Shown piece after piece: positions 43,901 to 56,342 of a stretch of DNA of 64,000 nucleotides. The notes under the pieces were generated by a model. That model was not told the origin of the DNA and did not search any database. It saw nothing but the letters and a program-made list of their open reading frames with translations. Position 1 is the first letter of the stretch, and each line of letters opens with the position of its first letter. The stretch comes from Epithemia pelagica (taxonomy: Eukaryota > Protista > Bacillariophyta), in NCBI GenBank assembly GCA_946965045.2, contig OX337228.1, forward strand, positions 3,100,001-3,164,000, read 5' to 3'. The position numbers were made by a program, and so were the translations under genes.

Positions 43901-46687
43901 GTTCCGGACAGGGAGCAGGAAACTCTCCAGGAATATGGTGTGTAATCAGTTCGGTACTTTTTCATGCGTACGATGAAAAGGCTCATGGAGCGACATTTCG
44001 TTCTCCACAAGGAGAGATTGAGGCTCAAGTTTTTATGATAGGATTTGTGGATGACACCAGCGGGAGTACGAACGACTTCAACTTGCCCAAGCGTCAGTCA
44101 CCGGAACATTACATCGTCAAGGCTACCAAGGATGCTCAAAGGTGGAATGACGTTCTACGAGTATCGGGTGGAGCTTTGGAAGATACCAAATGCTCGTATC
44201 ACTTCCTCTACTTCGACTTTACAATTGGTGGGCTACCGTACCTTTGCAATGGCCAGATTGGACCTCGTATCAGCATACAGTTTAACAACAACAATTCACC
44301 GCATCCGCTAAAGCAACTCTCTGCTTATCAAAGCCATAAAACACTTGGTGTAATGAAATCACCGGCTACAACCGACCGAAGTCTCTTCCTTGCTCTAGCC
44401 AAGAAAAACAGTCAACATACCAGTGCCATGGCACGAAGCCCGTTTAATCGAACAGACGCCTGGGCGTATTATCATTCCGTCTACTTACCAAGCATTACCT
44501 ACCCAATGCCATCATCATCCCTCTCTGACAAGCACTGTAAAGCCCTCCAACGACAATTCAAGAAGGCCCTGTTACCAAAATGCGGTTATAACAGGTGCAC
44601 TCCAAATGCAATCGTGTACGGGTCCCCAGATTTCGGAGGAATTGGTTTGCGATCCCTAGCTACCGAACGAGGAATCTCACAAGTCTACATGTTCCTTGCG
44701 TGTCTGCGATCCCAAGGATTGCCATCTGATCTTGCTCACATTACAGTGTCCTGGGGCCAGTGACTAGCCGGTACCAGTGTATCTATTCTCGAAGATGTCA
44801 AAACTCCATTCCCCCACTTAGCTCCCATGATGTGGCTTCCTTCTCTCCGATCCTTTTTAGCAACTGTTGACTGCAGAATTGAACTCGCACAAGATTTCAT
44901 CATTCCTCTACAGCGGGAAAACGAGTCGTTTCTAATGGACCACGCTTTACAATTTACCATGAAACCTTTGGATTTGCAACTATTGAACGCATGCAGATTG
45001 TATCTCGGTGTTACACTGGTTAGCGATATTACCACCTGCAACGGGCAATGCTTATCTTTATCACCTACTCTTGGTCTGCATCTACAACATTCTACTCTAC
45101 GAGGACTAACAGCCTACCAAGATTATCCGAGCACCAAAGCATGGAACTTGTGGCGGAAATTTCTTTCAACCTTAACCACCGGCAATACTAACAGACGACT
45201 CAATAACCCTTTGGGCAAATGGCTAAAAACTGGCTACTCAACGATACGGAAATGGAATTGTTATTTGTGCAAACAGTCATCTCGACTGTTTGTCCTCGAT
45301 GGTGCTAACTACCGAATCTACCATGAAAACTTGTACCGCTGGTTCTCACCGACTGACCAATTTACTCTCATTGTCCCAGCAGCTGCTGTCCCAGTTACGA
45401 CGACACCTGCTCCGTTCAACCAGAGGATTCTTCACAAGTATAGTCACCGTCTGGATCCTGTGCCACAGGAAGTCCCTAACACGTTTACTGCTCATGTGAT
45501 GTCTTTGCCAAAGTGGGAACAAGATCTTCTTTCCGGATTTGTTCTCCGTTGCTCTCCTTCAATTTTGTTCCAACAATTCACAAACGGACTTGTCTTGTGC
45601 AGCGATGGTTCCGCGGCTCTCTTTACCGGGAGCTTCGGTGCTGTATGTGTCTCCCATGAAAACCAACGCCTGTTTGAATTGGCCGGCCCCGCCCCCGGAT
45701 TCAGGACTTCATCGTTTCGGGCAGAAAGCTACGGCTATCTGTCCTTGCTACGTTCCATTTACCACCTATGTCTTTTTCACAATCAGAATCTCCCCAACGA
45801 TCTACACTTTTACACGGATTCATTGAGCATGATCGAAACCGTCAGACAACGTTTGGACTGGCAAGTTGAATACCCTTACTCAACAATGGGACCCGACTGG
45901 GATTTGCAGCAGTCGATAGTTTATACATTACGTCAGTTTCCCTCAATTCCTCCGCTCAGTCATGTCAAGGCACATCAAGATCGTCCACAACTGGCTACCA
46001 GTTGGCACTCTCAAACAACACTACGCCAACCATTATACGTGCATGTGCCCAAACTGTCCGAACATACAAGAAAATCGCTCCCACTTCCTTCGCTGCCCGT
46101 CTAGACGAAACTGGACGGGTCCATTGTTTGATGAGCTCAATGAATTTTGGACTGAGAACTCTTTCGATCCATGTCTTGTCACCATTCTTCGTGAAGCAAT
46201 GCGCCTGTGGCTTGCTGACACTCCTATTGCGCTTCCGACTGTCCCTGCACCATATCAAGCCCTGATTCTCTGCCAAACACTTGTTGGATGGGATCAATTG
46301 TTCTTCGGTCGCTTTGTCAAGGACTGGATTAGTCTCCAAGACAAATTTGTCTCTGCTCATGAATTGAACCCTGTCAAGTTCTCTGGACATCGCTCTATTT
46401 GTGGCAGTATCAAAATTATATGGCAACACGTGCACAACCTCTGGACGCGCCGTAATCTGGATGTTCACGGTCGTAATGCTGCCACTCGTGTAGCTGCTTC
46501 TCTCGACCAAGCCCGTCGCAAAATTGTCGACTTGTATCCTCTGCGATCGTCTGTTCCTTCGGCAGATCGTACCTTCTTTTATGATTCCACTGCAACTCAT
46601 TTTCTCCACGAAACCACCTCCACTCAATTACATACCTGGCTCAACACATGGCGTCCCGTCATTCTTCATTATGCTGGACTAGCTTGA
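40949..46687 (+). pseudogene. LINE ORF2: AP endonuclease, reverse transcriptase, RNase H, CCHC finger; disrupted
   Basis: APE: YFANANG, GVAETN, LLLGDFNE, RIDFIL, DH. RT: QFGG..G, DATACYDRI, GSGQG..NSP, GFVDD. RNase H: SDGS, RAE, TDS, HVKAH. CPNC...H...C finger. Frameshift near 42355, TGA at 42364, 42883 and 44761, deletion/frameshift near 45975. Confidence 0.92.
41093..41200 (+). repeat. 6 x 18-bp tandem repeat (CAAGCAACCGATTCCATA; encodes QATDSI)
   Basis: Six near-identical in-frame units in the ORF2 N-terminal extension. Confidence 0.95.
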
Positions 46688-46795
46688 GTTCTTCTCAAGC
46701 TACCCTATTTAGTCCTCGCCTAGTTTTCTAGGCCCGGCGCGTCGGTCGGCGTCACCATGCGTGGTGCGTGCGGCAGCGTTAAAATAGATTTCCAG

Positions 46796-46812
46796 TTTTT
46801 TTTTTTTTTTTT
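46796..46812 (+). repeat. T17 tail at the 3' end of the LINE (sense strand)
   Basis: 17 T directly between the 3' UTR and the right TSD. Confidence 0.9.
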
Positions 46813-46830
46813 GGGACTTCGACCTTGCCT
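46813..46830 (+). repeat. Right target-site duplication
   Basis: Identical to 38940-38957. Confidence 0.9.
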
Positions 46831-47236
46831 TGGATACGAACACGAATATTCAATATTCATTATTCGTATTGCCAGAGGAAGTACGCATTACAACCCAGAT
46901 TTCAGATTACACCTCGGGATAAGCGTTTGGTCTCCCCTTCTACCTTCTACCGGTAGAGTAGCTTCTTTAAAACGAACGACGATGTTCTCCGTTCTCCGAG
47001 TGGATCTTTACTCGTAACTCGTAACTCGTACAGAGTACGGTAGACCGTAGACTGTTCTGTTGTTTCGCTCAAACCTGATTTTCTATTTTCCTAGGTAGTA
47101 CTCCTAGTTCCTCTAGGTTATCCATAATCCTATCATGCCCGAATCTCAAAGAAATCTGCTCTAGGAGTAGATGACAATGGATCACGCAAGTATCACTAGC
47201 TCCAGGAAAATCAATCGGAGACTTTACCATCACAAT

Positions 47237-48034
47237 TTAGTCGGAGAAGGGTATGCCCGCTTGAGCTAAACGCTCCTCATACGATTTTTGTTTTGGCGGA
47301 GTTTCGACCTCCGATTCACTTGTCTTGCTACTGGTCTCGTCAGAACCTTCTTCAGCATCGCCTTCTTCTTCCAATGCTTCAACAACCTTCACTTCGGGGA
47401 TGTAGTGCATGAGCATATTTTCCACGCCTTGTTTTAATGTCACGGACGACGACGGACAGCCCACACAACTTCCTGCTAATTGCACCGTCACGACACCAGT
47501 TTCTTCGGCAAAACTGACATATCGAATATCTCCACCATCTTCTTGCACAGCCGGGCGGATCCGCGCTTCAATCAGTTCTTTGATCATGGCCACGACTTCG
47601 TCGTCGTCATCCAAAATCGTTGTATCCGTTATTTCAGGTTGTTCCAGAAGCGCTGGTTTTCCTCCATCAGCCCAGTTCATAATCACCTCATACAACTCAG
47701 GGTTTAGAACCTTCCACTTGTGTTCGGCATACTTGGTAACAGTGACGAAGTCATTGCCCAAATAGACGGCCTTAACACCGTCCACTTGCAAAATAGCTTT
47801 CGCCAAGGGACTCCGACTGATTTCAAGTGCAGGAGCATTCTTTGTCACGTAGTACCCATTTCCGTCCTCTGATTGCAAGACTGGTAAACCAGTCGGTACA
47901 AACTTTAAACTCTCTGGATTGGGAGTCTCAGCCGTTTGAATGAATACTGAGCGGAGTTGTTGCAGCCAGGGATCTCGTGCTCTTGATCCAATCGGACGGC
48001 TCCGAAGCAATGAACGTGTATAGGAAGATATCAT
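47237..48034 (-). CDS. NFU1: Mitochondrial Fe-S cluster scaffold NFU1 (NifU-like)
   Basis: [15 protein letters not shown]; [13 protein letters not shown]; [21 protein letters not shown]; Arg-rich presequence. Confidence 0.96.
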   Translation of the reverse strand: MISSYTRSLLRSRPIGSRARDPWLQQLRSVFIQTAETPNPESLKFVPTGLPVLQSEDGNGYYVTKNAPALEISRSPLAKAILQVDGVKAVYLGNDFVTVTKYAEHKWKVLNPELYEVIMNWADGGKPALLEQPEITDTTILDDDDEVVAMIKELIEARIRPAVQEDGGDIRYVSFAEETGVVTVQLAGSCVGCPSSSVTLKQGVENMLMHYIPEVKVVEALEEEGDAEEGSDETSSKTSESEVETPPKQKSYEERLAQAGIPFSD

Positions 48035-48542
48035 GGGAAAAATAATTGCAGAAAAGTTCGAGAGAAAGAGGAATGAAATAGAGTCTATCTCTTGTTTCGT
48101 TTCGTTCCAAATGATATTCCCTGCAACTGTTGTTTGTACTTTGTGGTTCCGTCGATTTGTGATGAAATGGTGACGTCATCGGGATCGGGCGCAGGGAAAA
48201 GTTCATTTTGGGGAGGTAGCATACATAGCCCTCAACCAACTGGAGAAATGGCTATGGTAAATGGTAATCCTATTCGAATAGAAGTCTTTCTTCTACGGAT
48301 ACGAGCACTATAAAGGAGTCAGATTCTTCTAGGAAAGATCCATAATGTCATCTCCCCCCTATGTTCTGCTGCTGCGAATGTGAGGACCAACTATACCAAA
48401 CGCGGAATTATCTCTACTTCTTTATCAACAGAGGCTACGGAAATGGAAGGAGTTCCAAACTCCTCCAAACCGACGGTACAGTATTGATCGCCTCAATGCA
48501 TTGGAAAGCCTCTGATGTGGCGCAGACCCATCACACATGACT

Positions 48543-49028
48543 TTAGGATTTGAATGGTCCCACATGTTCCTCCACGTCTTTTTCGAAGCTCTCCAAGCGT
48601 TCTTTTTCTCTGTGCTCCTTTTCCTGAATCTTCTTGTAGCACTCGTGGAACTGAGCACTGCTGTCAATGTAGGTATGCACGTGCTCCAATAAAAGCTTGG
48701 TGGCGCTCTCCATTTGTTCCGCAGCAGACTGCATGTCCGAGATGACCTGTTCCTTGAGCTCTTCTTTCCAAGCAGCAGTATCTTCAATGGTAGTTGTGCG
48801 GGTAGGCTGCGGTTGCGATCCCTCTTCTTTTGCTAGCTCTGAGCATCCTTCGCCTTCCAGGAATTCTGCCTCCACCATCGACGTGTCCACAATATTGTCG
48901 GGACCATGGTCCGTCACAGCCGTGGTCACATCATTCTCACTTTGACAAGGTGGGAAGGGTGTCATGTCCGATGAAACTGGGTCTTCCACGGGACCATCAC
49001 TCTCATTCATTGTATTCTCTGAATCCAT
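48543..49028 (-). CDS. Hypothetical acidic coiled-coil protein (161 aa)
   Basis: ATG ORF with a helical heptad-like C-terminal half. Confidence 0.55.
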   Translation of the reverse strand: MDSENTMNESDGPVEDPVSSDMTPFPPCQSENDVTTAVTDHGPDNIVDTSMVEAEFLEGEGCSELAKEEGSQPQPTRTTTIEDTAAWKEELKEQVISDMQSAAEQMESATKLLLEHVHTYIDSSAQFHECYKKIQEKEHREKERLESFEKDVEEHVGPFKS

Positions 49029-49319
49029 GTTTGCAAAAGGCTATAAGACCTGAGAGGCAACAGAAAACATGAATCTCAATCTCAAGGATACCGTCGCTTT
49101 GACTTGTGTCGGAACGAAATTTGCTGCCCATCTGGATCTGGATGGAATTTGAGATTCGGGAGGAATTGTACTCGCACGCGCTCCAATCCGAGCTTTCGGG
49201 CGCAGGAATGCATGCGTGACCCGAGGCCATTGTGTACCTCTGTCTTCACGCAAGGTGGATCTGTCAGCGCGGCAGTCCCTCTTTCCCGCTCTCGAGAATA
49301 GTTACCGAGTTTCTTCACC

Positions 49320-51838
49320 ATGGCGTCAACTCATCGGTTACAATCGACCATGACTCGGAACGAAAGAGACCAAGCGCCCGAGGGACCTCCCGAGAACGAT
49401 ACTGTCGAATCGATCTTGGTGGCCTTAAAGCCCGTTCAAGATATAGTGCGCAACTGGGACATTGACCTTAGTGCATGGTAAATAGTCAGTTGTCGCGGCC
49501 GATCACAGTTGCTTCAATCATCGCGGCCTAATTGTAATTCGTTGTGCCTTGAATTCCATGTTAGTTTGCAGGGATATTTGAAAGACCTAGTTGAATACAA
49601 TGTGATTGATGCCGACCGAGATCTCCTTGATGCTGCTGTCTCTGACGTCGAGGGTGTGGTCAACTTTTCCAGAGCTGCCTTGGTGGTACAGAACTCGACA
49701 AAGGTTTACGGTCGAAAAGTTGAACACTTATATGGCCTTGTTCTAAGTTCTTTGAAAACTTTCACTTTGTCTCGTAACGACCGAACCAGAAGCAGTTTGG
49801 ATAGCAATGAGAAAGGGGTCCAAGCGGCAGACCTGAAATTTAGGGAATTTGATCTCTCTCACAACTATTTGGCCAGGGAGCAAGTGTTTCCCTTCGCCAC
49901 CAATGTTAATATGCAATCTGCTCAACGCTGTCGTAGGGATAGCATGGGATCTCGTTTTTCTTTTGCAAGTGGACGAACCTATGAAAGCTTCAGGACATCT
50001 TTTTCAAACGACCAGTCCATGCGCCAGTCGTCGATACTCAATATCAGCGACATTTCACTGATTTCTGCTGGAACCGGCGTCGGAGATGAAAGCCAGTATG
50101 GACAAGGGGAGGAAGACGGAGATGCGAAGAAAACACATAAAAAACGAAGGAACCAATTGACCCAATTGCTTCAGAGTGCCTTGAGCCACTTGGTAGTTAT
50201 GAGAAATGTCTGTGAAGTCGACAGCGGATCAGGATTTGCAATGCCGGGTGATACAACAGGTCTAACCGAGTCGGAGACTAGAAATGTTATGGCGTGCACT
50301 CGGCTGAGTCTTGACACCATGGTCCTACCCGATTCAGAGTCCCTGGATTCACCCCATTTCGAGTTCGGTGTTGTTCCCGACATCCAGACCGTCATTTTCC
50401 CCCAGTGGAATGACAACAACGCGGATATGCTTGAAAAAGATGATGAGCACGCAAGACCCTCTTCATTGGATAACAGTGAAAATGACCCGCGGGAGCTCTG
50501 GATGGGGGGTTCAAATGATACGATGATGGAACAAGAGGACCTCCTTTCTCCTCGGGACGATGACTATGACTACGACTTTCCAGGCGACGAAGGTAGTCCA
50601 GGTTTTGTCGCGGCAGATATTAGTCCAATACCAGCAGAGAATATGGGAGACAACAGTCCCATGAAAACAGATATTCTCACGGATCGTACCAGTCCTCCTC
50701 TTGCTTCCTCATCGTCACATGGCGCTACCTTTGTCCCTCGCGAACCTGACCCTTGGATGCTTCATGATCCTCACGAATCGATGCTGACTTCATCGTCTTC
50801 CCGACCAATTCGCCTTGGAAAGACAGTGAAAGTTCCAAAATCGTTGCGAGGACAGGCTGTACCAGAAGCCACTGAATGTGAGCCACAGGAACATCCGTGG
50901 CGTTCTATTGCTGCGGAAACTTTTCGTCATTTGACAGACCCTGAAACGCATGCAGAGCCCGGGTTTTCCTGGACAGGCCATGTATACGGTTCCGAGTTTT
51001 CCGAAATTATTCGACGTGGCCAAGCACATCGAACGAGGGAAACTCGACAAAGGATTCGGACGGATCACGCTCTCCAACCCAATCACGATGAAAGGATGCT
51101 ACATCCAATACAGGCCCAAGACGATGAGAACGGCGACCGTGATGGCAATTTGGGAGACTTTGGTGATGATGGAGATGGCGACTATGACGATTGGGATACT
51201 GGGGAAAGAGGGCCTGTCGAGACCAATATGGGCGTGGCATCCTTGGACGAACTTTATGGTCATAACTACGACGATGAAGAAACAGGTGCGTATAATAGTC
51301 CTAGCGTGTGGTGATTGGACATGATGCGGTTCACAATATTACAAACGACTAACTTGGATGTCTGATCACCCTAGATGCATACGCAGGGGCAAAGACCTTT
51401 GAAGAACTCTGCCGTGCCCATGTAACCGAGCTTGTTCGTGGCGCCGAGAAGTACAAATCCTCGAACCAATTGGCCAGACGCACGGACCGGTGGCAGGAAC
51501 AATTGTCTCCTATATTGAGTGAAGAAGCGAAACGACCATCCTTTGACATTCAGCGCTACAGTGAAGCCTTTCTGGAACAAATGGTATCACAGGAATCAAA
51601 AAGGGACCGCGACAGAACGGACGATACCGACAAGCAGCGTTTGGTATCATTCCAGCAGATTGCACAGGGACGGGATCGTTTTGAAATCTGTCGCTTGTTC
51701 ATGACCTCGTTGACCCTATGCAACTCACGTAACATCGACCTGATTCCAAATGACAACGAGAGTGGGGAAGGAATGGATCTGGAAATAAGGCTCCTATCAT
51801 CCATTGTCCGCCCTCCAACGGAAACCTATAAGATATGA
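49320..51838 (+). CDS. NCAPH2: Condensin II kleisin subunit H2; introns 49478-49564 and 51286-51374
   Basis: LKPVQDIVRNWDIDL; VNFSRAALVVQNSTKVYGRKVEHLY; FEELCRAHV; W...LSPIL.EE..RP.FDI; EICRLF...L.LCN..N. Confidence 0.92.
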
Positions 51839-51957
51839 CGTCCAAGGGGGAGACTAGAAATAGTGGGCTAAGAAATGTGAAAATAGCATTAGCTGCAATG
51901 TATAAATAAAAAGTGTCCTGTGTCAAGATATGTGATATGTGTTTTTCTTGTATACAT

Positions 51958-52959
51958 CTATTTGTTAAAGGCTTGGCGGTACGCAGAGGTAATGGACTCG
52001 ATCGAGAGCAGAATGATCATGGCATGAGGGGCGCACCTTCCGTAATAAGCGCTGAATCCAGAAAAGAACCCAAGTGGTCCTTCTTTTTGCGCAATCTTGA
52101 TGGTACAATCGACAATTCCCTTGTAGGGTAACATGCCCGTCTTTGGGTCCGGCTTTTGTGCCATGAGTCGACTCTTGATCAAATCAAAAGGAAGCGAGAA
52201 AAGTGCGGCCGTGAAGCCAGCTGTGGCAGAGGCACCCAGTCGCGTGGCTAGCGACGGTCCATTGGTCATGGGGTCATTCAATAATGAGGCAACCATTTCT
52301 TTGGCTTGATCGTAGCATGCCATCATACCGACATTCATGGCCATGCCACGCAGGACATTGGGCAACAATCCCTTGTACAAGGCCCCCACACCTTCTTCCG
52401 AAGATGTTCGGATCAAGGCATCAAAGACGTTCTTGTAATTTCTTCGTTCTTGAGGTGGCGCTGAACTGTCAGACTGTAAACGTACCAAGGCAATGTCAAA
52501 AGGGGTACCAATACAGACCGCAATCGATCCGGATACCATACCACTAAGGGTCTTTTGTACAAAACTGATGGGTTTGCCATGATTCATTTCGACCAACTTG
52601 TCCGAGAAGGTACGATGCAAGCCGATGCGTGCCGTGCCGTAGACCATTTGTCGCCCCACAGCCGCATCGACGCCCTTGTATATACCAGCCACGCCTTCCG
52701 TTCGTATCATTTGAGATATAATTGTGGGAAAGGATGGTACTCGCTGTCCTGGATTGGATTGGCCAAAGAGTTGCATTCGTACCTTGGCCAAATCAATCGG
52801 GTGAATGACGACGGACGCAAAGGTGGCTGCCGTTCCTCCACACACAAAGGGCTCCAGGCGTTTGGCAATCACGTGGTCCATCTTGTTCGTTGGTGTACTT
52901 GTAGGGGCAACCGGTGTCGTCTGGGTCTGGGTTGATTCCGATGGCGCGAGTTTTGACAT
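51958..52959 (-). CDS. Mitochondrial carrier, 2-oxoglutarate/malate (dicarboxylate-tricarboxylate) type
   Basis: Three PX[DE]XX[KR]XR repeats (HPIDLAKVRMQ, TPFDIALVRLQ, LPFDLIKSRLM); ARIGL; YYGRCAPH. Confidence 0.92.
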   Translation of the reverse strand: MSKLAPSESTQTQTTPVAPTSTPTNKMDHVIAKRLEPFVCGGTAATFASVVIHPIDLAKVRMQLFGQSNPGQRVPSFPTIISQMIRTEGVAGIYKGVDAAVGRQMVYGTARIGLHRTFSDKLVEMNHGKPISFVQKTLSGMVSGSIAVCIGTPFDIALVRLQSDSSAPPQERRNYKNVFDALIRTSSEEGVGALYKGLLPNVLRGMAMNVGMMACYDQAKEMVASLLNDPMTNGPSLATRLGASATAGFTAALFSLPFDLIKSRLMAQKPDPKTGMLPYKGIVDCTIKIAQKEGPLGFFSGFSAYYGRCAPHAMIILLSIESITSAYRQAFNK

Positions 52960-54173
52960 GGCGTTTAACATAAAACCTTTCTTGTCTTGAATCAGCCAGC
53001 TACAATCGCAATTACCAAGCCCCTCTCACTTTTCAAGTCCCTCGTTTCAAAAAGTCGGTCGACCGATAAAAAGTCTACAGAAAGGTGGAATCACTGGAGG
53101 CCGAACAGCAACAGAAACTTGTCAATGAAGTCTCTGTCTAGCTTCGTGACCACCGAACAACAGCTCCGTTGTTATGCAAGGGGAGTTCAAAGAGGTACCA
53201 CAATGAGGATGGAAGGTTGTGCACAGTCTTGTTGGGACCAACTATCCAATGCTGGATGCTCTAAGAAGGTCTCTCGCTAACTCTCGGGTGATGATATATA
53301 TGACCGGAGAGACCGACAGAAATGGAAGATGGATGGATGGAATGGGTCGGACAAAACACAGCAAATCAACAACACACCAACCAGCTGGCGGCGCTGTCCA
53401 TCAAACGATATGGAAAGAGGAGTACGTTTTGGTTGCGACAACGAACAGGGGAGTCAGTATGTGGTGGTGGTGGGTGGTGGTGTGACAAGAGAATAGGCAA
53501 TAGGCACTTGGACTGGTCCGTGTCGGTGTCGGCGGGGGAAGCAATCGGTGGCGCAGGTTCGTTGTAGGAGCACCTTTGCGTTCGACTCGTAGTAGGTAAG
53601 TAAGTGCGAACCTTTTTTTGGTCGTTGTCTTGCAACGAGGCCTCTTTGCTTTCCTTTGGTGGTTGGCGTTCGTTGGTTGGCTCTTGGACTTGGAGTGCGG
53701 TACAGGCAGTACACCACACTCGTGTGTCGCTGGAGCGTTTGGTGGTGGTGTCTTTCCTTCTCTTCGAACTTTGGGAAAAAGTTCTTTTTGAGAATGAGAG
53801 GTTCTGGGCCCCACATTGTTGGCGGGTGCGAGTCAGTGGTGTGGGTGATTTTGCACCAACTTCTCACTTTTGGCTGGGAGGCTGTACGAACGCGAAGTGC
53901 GCACGAACCACAAAGACACATCACCGCAGATTGTGGGCGGGACAAAGCCAGAGACACGCACACATACGTCATCCTGTCCACAAGACGTCATCATGCATCA
54001 ACGCGTGTCCGTGACTCTACTGACAGAGAAAGTCCATCACAACAGACATACAACCTACAAGCATACTGTCAGTGATGTAATGTCTCTATGGTCCCCGAAA
54101 AACTAACACGACTTGCCCAAAGATCGGAAATCTTTGTTCGACATCCACGACAATGAATGTTTGAAGTTCGAAC

Positions 54174-56342
54174 ATGTTGTCTAGGGCCACTACCAGCAGT
54201 CTTTGGATGTTCGTTCTATGTACCATATTTCATCTCCTACATGTCGAGGTTACAGCAAGGCCAAGGCTATTGGGTCAAACACCACGATCACACCGTCGAA
54301 GCGACCCTCGAATCTTTTCTCCAGTGAGATATCAGTCCTCCCTGCAAGACCCACAACTGGATGCTTCCCTTCTGGCCAGATCGTCTCCTTTCGATATCTT
54401 TTCTCTCGGTGAATTAACGTGCTATTTTTACGAGCAACCCCTGAATCATTTTGATTTGCCCCGCAGTAAATCAGGAACCTTTCAACAACGATACTGCGTA
54501 TCCAACGAATTTGTATCCAACTCCACCACGAATGATGATACCAATGGTGATTCGACCACTCCAATTTTCTTTTATACGGGAAACGAATCTCCTTTGGAAG
54601 CATATATTCAACATACTGGTTTGTTGTGGGAGCTGGCTCGCGAATTTCAGGCGCAAGTCGTCTTTGCCGAACATCGCTACGAAGGCAAATCCATCCCCCT
54701 ACCCCACAACATGCCTTCGTGTATGGCGTATTCGTCCAGTGTCCAAGCCATTGCTGATTATGCGAGATTGATTCGCAATGTCTTGTGGCGGACTGATACA
54801 ACAACTATGTCCAAGAGCAACCATGCACAGCCACACCGTCGTCCGGTGATTTGTTTTGGAGGAAGTTATGGCGGTATGCTTAGTGCCTGGATACGTATGC
54901 AATATCCACAAGGAGTTACTGGATCCATTGCTGCTTCGGCTCCGATATGGGGTTTTCCCTCGGAGCAACCTCTGCGTATGGATGCCGCTTATGCCGTAGT
55001 ACGACATGGTTTGGCACAACCCTATCCTCCGAATCAAACAAGCGAATCGCACCCGCAACAACATCCCAGGAACAAGAGGAATCTAAATCAGGAAACGAGC
55101 AGTCCGAATCGGTGTCCAAATAATTTACTGGCCTCCTTCCCATTGATTCACATTCTCGGTCAAGATCGTCAAGGGCTTGACTTTTTGGCTCGCGTTTTTC
55201 GATTGTGTCAGGATACCACCCTCTCTTCTGTGGACGATTTGTTGGCGTGGTTGCAAACGCCATGGTTTGACTTGGCCGAAGGAAGCTTTCCCTATCCTAG
55301 TTCCTACATTCCCTTTGCTCTGACGCATTTGAATGTGACACTTCCCGCATGGCCCTTGCAGGCAGCTTGTTGGAAAACCGGACTGGTCCAGGACTATGGG
55401 ATTGAGTTTCATGGCTCCCTTACCAATGTCACCTACAACATATCGTTTGCTCAATCCACCCAAGCAGCAAACGCAACGGCCGACGATCGTTCTTTTATTC
55501 AAGTGGATTGGGATCAAGCCACATCGACAACCTCCGTGCAAGAATGGATAGGACACCCTTCCGTCGCGAAATTACTTTCCAGTGTTCGGAATGCCGTTTC
55601 AATATGGTACAATATGACGCACAATGTGTCCTGTTATCTCTTACAGGCAGCACCCAATCATGAAGAACATGTCATTCTTCCGTCGTCGACCACTCGTGCC
55701 CTCCGATCTAGTAGTGGGAATCCCGTGAATTCGACACAGTCTCTGGCGGAGACCTGTCTAGAACGCATCCATACGGGCAGTTGGGAATCCCTGTGCTGTA
55801 ACGAGGATATGAATCTGATTATCACGTACAATCAAGGTATCGGTCAAGACGTCTTTTGGCCACCCGCTGTTCCACAGTCTGTGAAAACCTATGCCGACTA
55901 TGTGGATCATATGGGCGACAACATTCTTGATCCATTTTGTGACGATCCTAATGGATGGTTTGGGTATCCCTCCCATTCAGATCCCTTTTCGAACTTTTTG
56001 GATTTGACATATGGAAGCTACTCAGTCTTGGAAACATCTTCCAACATTTTGTTTTCAAATGGTTTATTGGATCCCTGGAGTGCCGCCGGTGTAATCGTTA
56101 ACGAATTCCGCAACGATTCGGCAGTCTCGGGTAGTAGTACCATGCACAAAGTCGTTCCAGGATTATGGCTACAAAAACACAAACACGGAATGGCGTCCTT
56201 GTTGTTGGAACATGGAGGTCATCACGTCGACCTCATGTTTCGCAATGCCCAGTACGATCCCCCGGCCTTTGCCGCCGCACGAACAATTGAACGTTTGTAC
56301 GTGGCGTCATGGATCCAAGAGTTTTGGAATTCGACCAACTAA
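54174..56342 (+). CDS. Peptidase S28 family serine carboxypeptidase (PRCP-like), secreted/lysosomal
   Basis: Signal peptide; EQPLNHF, FFYTGNE, FAEHRYEGKS, GGSYGGML, ASAPI, FSNGLLDPWS, GGHHVDL. Confidence 0.95.
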   Translation: MLSRATTSSLWMFVLCTIFHLLHVEVTARPRLLGQTPRSHRRSDPRIFSPVRYQSSLQDPQLDASLLARSSPFDIFSLGELTCYFYEQPLNHFDLPRSKSGTFQQRYCVSNEFVSNSTTNDDTNGDSTTPIFFYTGNESPLEAYIQHTGLLWELAREFQAQVVFAEHRYEGKSIPLPHNMPSCMAYSSSVQAIADYARLIRNVLWRTDTTTMSKSNHAQPHRRPVICFGGSYGGMLSAWIRMQYPQGVTGSIAASAPIWGFPSEQPLRMDAAYAVVRHGLAQPYPPNQTSESHPQQHPRNKRNLNQETSSPNRCPNNLLASFPLIHILGQDRQGLDFLARVFRLCQDTTLSSVDDLLAWLQTPWFDLAEGSFPYPSSYIPFALTHLNVTLPAWPLQAACWKTGLVQDYGIEFHGSLTNVTYNISFAQSTQAANATADDRSFIQVDWDQATSTTSVQEWIGHPSVAKLLSSVRNAVSIWYNMTHNVSCYLLQAAPNHEEHVILPSSTTRALRSSSGNPVNSTQSLAETCLERIHTGSWESLCCNEDMNLIITYNQGIGQDVFWPPAVPQSVKTYADYVDHMGDNILDPFCDDPNGWFGYPSHSDPFSNFLDLTYGSYSVLETSSNILFSNGLLDPWSAAGVIVNEFRNDSAVSGSSTMHKVVPGLWLQKHKHGMASLLLEHGGHHVDLMFRNAQYDPPAFAAARTIERLYVASWIQEFWNSTN

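Larger units (their letters stand above)
38958..46812 (+). mobile_element. Full-length non-LTR retrotransposon (ORF1 + APE-RT-RNase H-CCHC ORF2; Ambal-like), inactivated
   Basis: Flanked by an 18-bp TSD; two ORFs with typical domains; 3' T17 tail. Clade assignment is an inference from domain content. Confidence 0.92.

Noticed and set aside
53219-54106. Several overlapping 70-175 aa ORFs on both strands
   Set aside because: Low-complexity GT/CA-rich divergent-promoter region; no motifs and no consistent frame.
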